A stretch of DNA of 64,000 nt from an uncultured Pseudomonadota bacterium. GTDB taxonomy: Bacteria > Babelota > Babeliae > Babelales > RVW-14. The DNA lies in the NCBI GenBank assembly GCA_964493325.1, contig CAZBMD010000009.1:1121-65120 (forward strand), in the 5' to 3' direction. The translations under genes and the position numbers were made by a program. The stretch's first letter is position 1; each line of letters opens with the position of its first letter. Of this stretch, positions 61,278 through 64,000 are shown piece by piece. The notes under the pieces are model-generated. The model saw nothing but the letters and a program-made list of their open reading frames with translations. It was not told where the DNA came from and did not search any database.

Positions 61278-64000
61278 TTAGGGTGCGATCATTGCATGCA
61301 CCAAATCCAACGCAAAGTATGATCCGGCAGCAATGCTGTGGTTGTTAAGTGGTCCTTCCAATGGAGGAATAGCTCCCATTTGTGGTTCATAGCTGACAAT
61401 TCCCACGCCATCAAGACGACCATTATTCATATCAAAGTGAATTGGCAATTCTGCAGGGATAACTGTCGAAACTGTCTTATTGCGACCAAGTAAGAACTCT
61501 CCTCCCTGCTGAATGAGGAATTGGGCGTTATCTCTAATGGTAAAATCTGTTAAATAGCCATAATCTATAAAATATCCTGTTGGTTGAACGCCATTGAGAG
61601 CATTGATTTCAAATATGCCACCATCGCCGATTTTTAGAATACCACTCTGCTCAAGCATCAAACGGTATTGAGCTTTGTGCATAGTCAAACGAGCGATACC
61701 AGCAATAGATTCTTCGTTTAGAGCACGAGCAACATGCACAACAGCATTACGATTAATCAGAATATCAATATCATCCTGTGGTAATTTTTCTATAGAACCA
61801 CCACATTGTGTAGAAGCCAGAGCCCCTTCTGGAGGTGAATTGCCAATTATTAAGTGTTGATCTCCTCCAACATTGATGCGCGCACCATCGTCAACCCACA
61901 AACGACCCCTGCCGCTGATGGTCATTGTTGCTGAATCGAATAATTGGGCAACAGCATTATCAGAGAAATAGAGAAGTGCTGTATTTGGACCAATATCATT
62001 ACTTTCAAGTTTAATCGTAAATCCATCGGTAAAAATTACGGTACCAGTGCCCTTAAATCTAACGATAGTATTTTCTGGAATAGTCAGCATGTTATTGCCA
62101 AGCGATGTATCAAAAATAATAGTTGCATCATCGGCTTCTTGATCAAATTCAAAAATCAATTCTGAATTTTCATCAACAATAAATTGCCCTTGAACCATCA
62201 GCGTCTCGGTCACATGAACAACGTTATTATCGCCTCTGACAAAGATTGTATCATTTTGCTTAAGCGTTACATCGCTTTCTTTTTGAGACAATTTTCCGTT
62301 ACCCAACATATATAAATTCAATGGAATGCTATCATCAATACCAAACTGAGAAATCTCACCATTTTCAACCTTAATATTCCCCAAACAAGCAGACTGCTGA
62401 ACCTGGCCATTGACAACTAAATCGAAGAAACTTGGTAACGTGATCGCTCTAGATCTTTGGTTGCGTTGCTTCTTATTGATTGCTTTGCGCTTGCTAGCAG
62501 TGCTTGCCTTGCTGTTATTTTTAAGGGAATTAAGGCTCTCGCTCATCTTACCTAAAAGCTCTTGACGCTCTTTATCTCGTTGCAACCCAATCGCTGTTAT
62601 TACCCTGCGAGAAGGCTGTATTGATCTGATGAACGAAGCATCAATCGAATTAATTTGATCGGTATGCAACTGAAGCACAGAATCAAGAATGAGATCTGTA
62701 GAGGTCTGCTTGATAGGGAAGTTCAACAATTCCAAATGACGGCCACCAATAAAGGCGTTGGCGTCGGTGACAAATGAATTCTGACCTTCATTAACAATAG
62801 TTACCCAATAATCATCAAAAATTACACTTGCTCGAGCCATTGCAGAGCTGACAAACAATAAATTGTCTCCAAATATTATTTGAGGGTTTCCTGAGATTGG
62901 ACTTTGTAGCTTAAAGAAGAAATGGAGTTCACTTTCAAAATCATCACTAAATAGAATAAAGCCACGCAGCGCAAGCCCGTCATTCAAGAACTCAAACCCG
63001 TTACGATCACCCTCAATAAAGAAGTTCGCATCAGTATCACTTGCTACATTCACGTGTGAACATCCTGCAAGCGCAATCGATCCAACAAACAGCGATCCAT
63101 CAGGTAGCTGAACTTTATCAATCAGAGCACTCTCAAGCCCAATAAATTCTGTATTTTCAAATTGCAGCGTATTCACCCCAATATTGAAATTTTTAAGTAT
63201 TATTGGACCTTGAGGCGTTCCAACAACCGTTGGCGTGATAATAAACCGGTTCTCACATCCATCACTCTTTACTTTGAATACGGTAGGATCATTAACAGTT
63301 CCATCAATAGCAATTGTACCACCTGCAAACGCTATATCTTCTACCAATTCAAATGTCACACCTTTGCCAATCACAATCGAGGCACCTGGTCCAAACTGGA
63401 ATGTTTTAGCATTCAAGCGTAGCAGTTGAATATTGGTCAAAGTTACGGTAACACCGGCATCAATAACAAATTGAGGCATATCTGGGTTGGAGAAAATAAC
63501 ATTGGCGCCTTGACCATCGATAGTCATGTTACCAACAATATGAATCTGCTTGATTGGATCAACCTGACAATTACGCGTCATCACAATATCAGAAGACAAT
63601 GGTCCTTGTGTAATCTCACAACAATCGCTACAACCACCGGCAAGATTGAGATTCAGTATCGCATTACTGTTATTTGTCGTTAAGCGGAGCAGCGCGTTAC
63701 TCGTATCACGAATTAAAGCAAACTGAACATTGCTATTTGTGTAGTTACCTAGATTAATAATTGCGTTACTGTTGTTGGTTATCTTCTGATTCAAGCTCAG
63801 TATCGAGTTGCTTAAGTTCTTGTTCATGAATAGTAGCGTGTTACTGATATTCTTACAACATACCAATATCGCCTGACTATTATTTCTCGTCAGCCTGAGA
63901 AGCGTATTACTGTTGTTTACTACCTTCTGATTCAAGCTCAATAGCGAGTTGCTCAAGTTCTTGGTGGAGAACAAGAATGCATTACTCATGGTTCTGCAAC
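61278..64000 (-). CDS. Very large beta-helix (adhesin/pectate-lyase-like) surface protein; the 5' end probably lies beyond the window
   Basis: At least 903 aa. The body is rich in G/N/T/V/I short-strand repeats (GNMTIDGQGANVIFSN...VTVTLTNIQLLRL...GASIVIGKGVTFELV...GTIAIDGTV). The frame stays open upstream of the ATG at 63989 to the window edge, and the repeat pattern continues there. Confidence 0.7.
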   Translation of the reverse strand, partial: CRTMSNAFLFSTKNLSNSLLSLNQKVVNNSNTLLRLTRNNSQAILVCCKNISNTLLFMNKNLSNSILSLNQKITNNSNAIINLGNYTNSNVQFALIRDTSNALLRLTTNNSNAILNLNLAGGCSDCCEITQGPLSSDIVMTRNCQVDPIKQIHIVGNMTIDGQGANVIFSNPDMPQFVIDAGVTVTLTNIQLLRLNAKTFQFGPGASIVIGKGVTFELVEDIAFAGGTIAIDGTVNDPTVFKVKSDGCENRFIITPTVVGTPQGPIILKNFNIGVNTLQFENTEFIGLESALIDKVQLPDGSLFVGSIALAGCSHVNVASDTDANFFIEGDRNGFEFLNDGLALRGFILFSDDFESELHFFFKLQSPISGNPQIIFGDNLLFVSSAMARASVIFDDYWVTIVNEGQNSFVTDANAFIGGRHLELLNFPIKQTSTDLILDSVLQLHTDQINSIDASFIRSIQPSRRVITAIGLQRDKERQELLGKMSESLNSLKNNSKASTASKRKAINKKQRNQRSRAITLPSFFDLVVNGQVQQSACLGNIKVENGEISQFGIDDSIPLNLYMLGNGKLSQKESDVTLKQNDTIFVRGDNNVVHVTETLMVQGQFIVDENSELIFEFDQEADDATIIFDTSLGNNMLTIPENTIVRFKGTGTVIFTDGFTIKLESNDIGPNTALLYFSDNAVAQLFDSATMTISGRGRLWVDDGARINVGGDQHLIIGNSPPEGALASTQCGGSIEKLPQDDIDILINRNAVVHVARALNEESIAGIARLTMHKAQYRLMLEQSGILKIGDGGIFEINALNGVQPTGYFIDYGYLTDFTIRDNAQFLIQQGGEFLLGRNKTVSTVIPAELPIHFDMNNGRLDGVGIVSYEPQMGAIPPLEGPLNNHSIAAGSYFALDLVHAMIAP
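63635..64000 (-). repeat. Coding tandem repeat: ~11-12-aa Asn/Ser/Leu units (N-x-S-N-[AST]-[IL]-L-x-L), including a ~130-nt higher-order duplication
   Basis: KNLSNSLLSLNQ KVVNNSNTLLRLT RNNSQAILVCC KNISNTLLFMN KNLSNSILSLNQ KITNNSNAIINLG ... RDTSNALLRLT TNNSNAILNLN. Nucleotide blocks around 63770-63860 and 63900-63990 are visibly near-duplicates. Confidence 0.8.

Overview
The window is a compact chromosomal segment, roughly 38-40% GC by eye, from a bacterium with a Gram-negative-type envelope. About 58 protein genes and 3 tRNAs are packed on both strands. I saw no rRNA, CRISPR array, transposase, integrase or phage genes.

Housekeeping content:
- Replication and DNA: dnaA, ssb, dprA, gyrA, and a Lig1-like ATP-dependent DNA ligase.
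- Translation and tRNA modification: rsmH, lepA, argS, the yhhQ-tgt pair, and tRNA-Gln, tRNA-Met and tRNA-Leu.
- Envelope: lpxA, an oxidoreductase, lpxI, lpxB, hldE, murD, ftsW, murB, an AMIN protein plus an amidase, secD, plsY, pgsA-pgpA, and an outer-membrane barrel.
- Stress and transport: an hspR-like regulator, htpX and nhaA.
- Other: homospermidine synthase, a Nudix hydrolase, a GNAT acetyltransferase, maf and spoVG.

Between these lie lineage-specific, signal-peptide-bearing orphan proteins:
- a tandem pair of ~770-aa paralogs with a conserved Cys/His core and an LRR-like tail
- an 833-aa membrane protein
- a thioredoxin-fold protein lacking both active-site cysteines
- a PP2C-fold protein lacking its metal ligands
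- an exported protein with SAMHD1-like HD motifs
- a beta-helix protein of at least 903 aa whose Asn-rich repeat runs off the right edge.

A short palindromic repeat (GGATGTCATCCCTGATCAAGTCAGGGATGACATCC) occurs four times in intergenic DNA. Two copies are split by inserted sequence inside a 680-bp noncoding gap.

The gene content suggests a host-associated, possibly amoeba-associated or Dependentiae-like, lineage. That placement is inference only. All coordinates for RNA genes, hairpins and repeats were indexed by hand and may be off by 1-2 nt.
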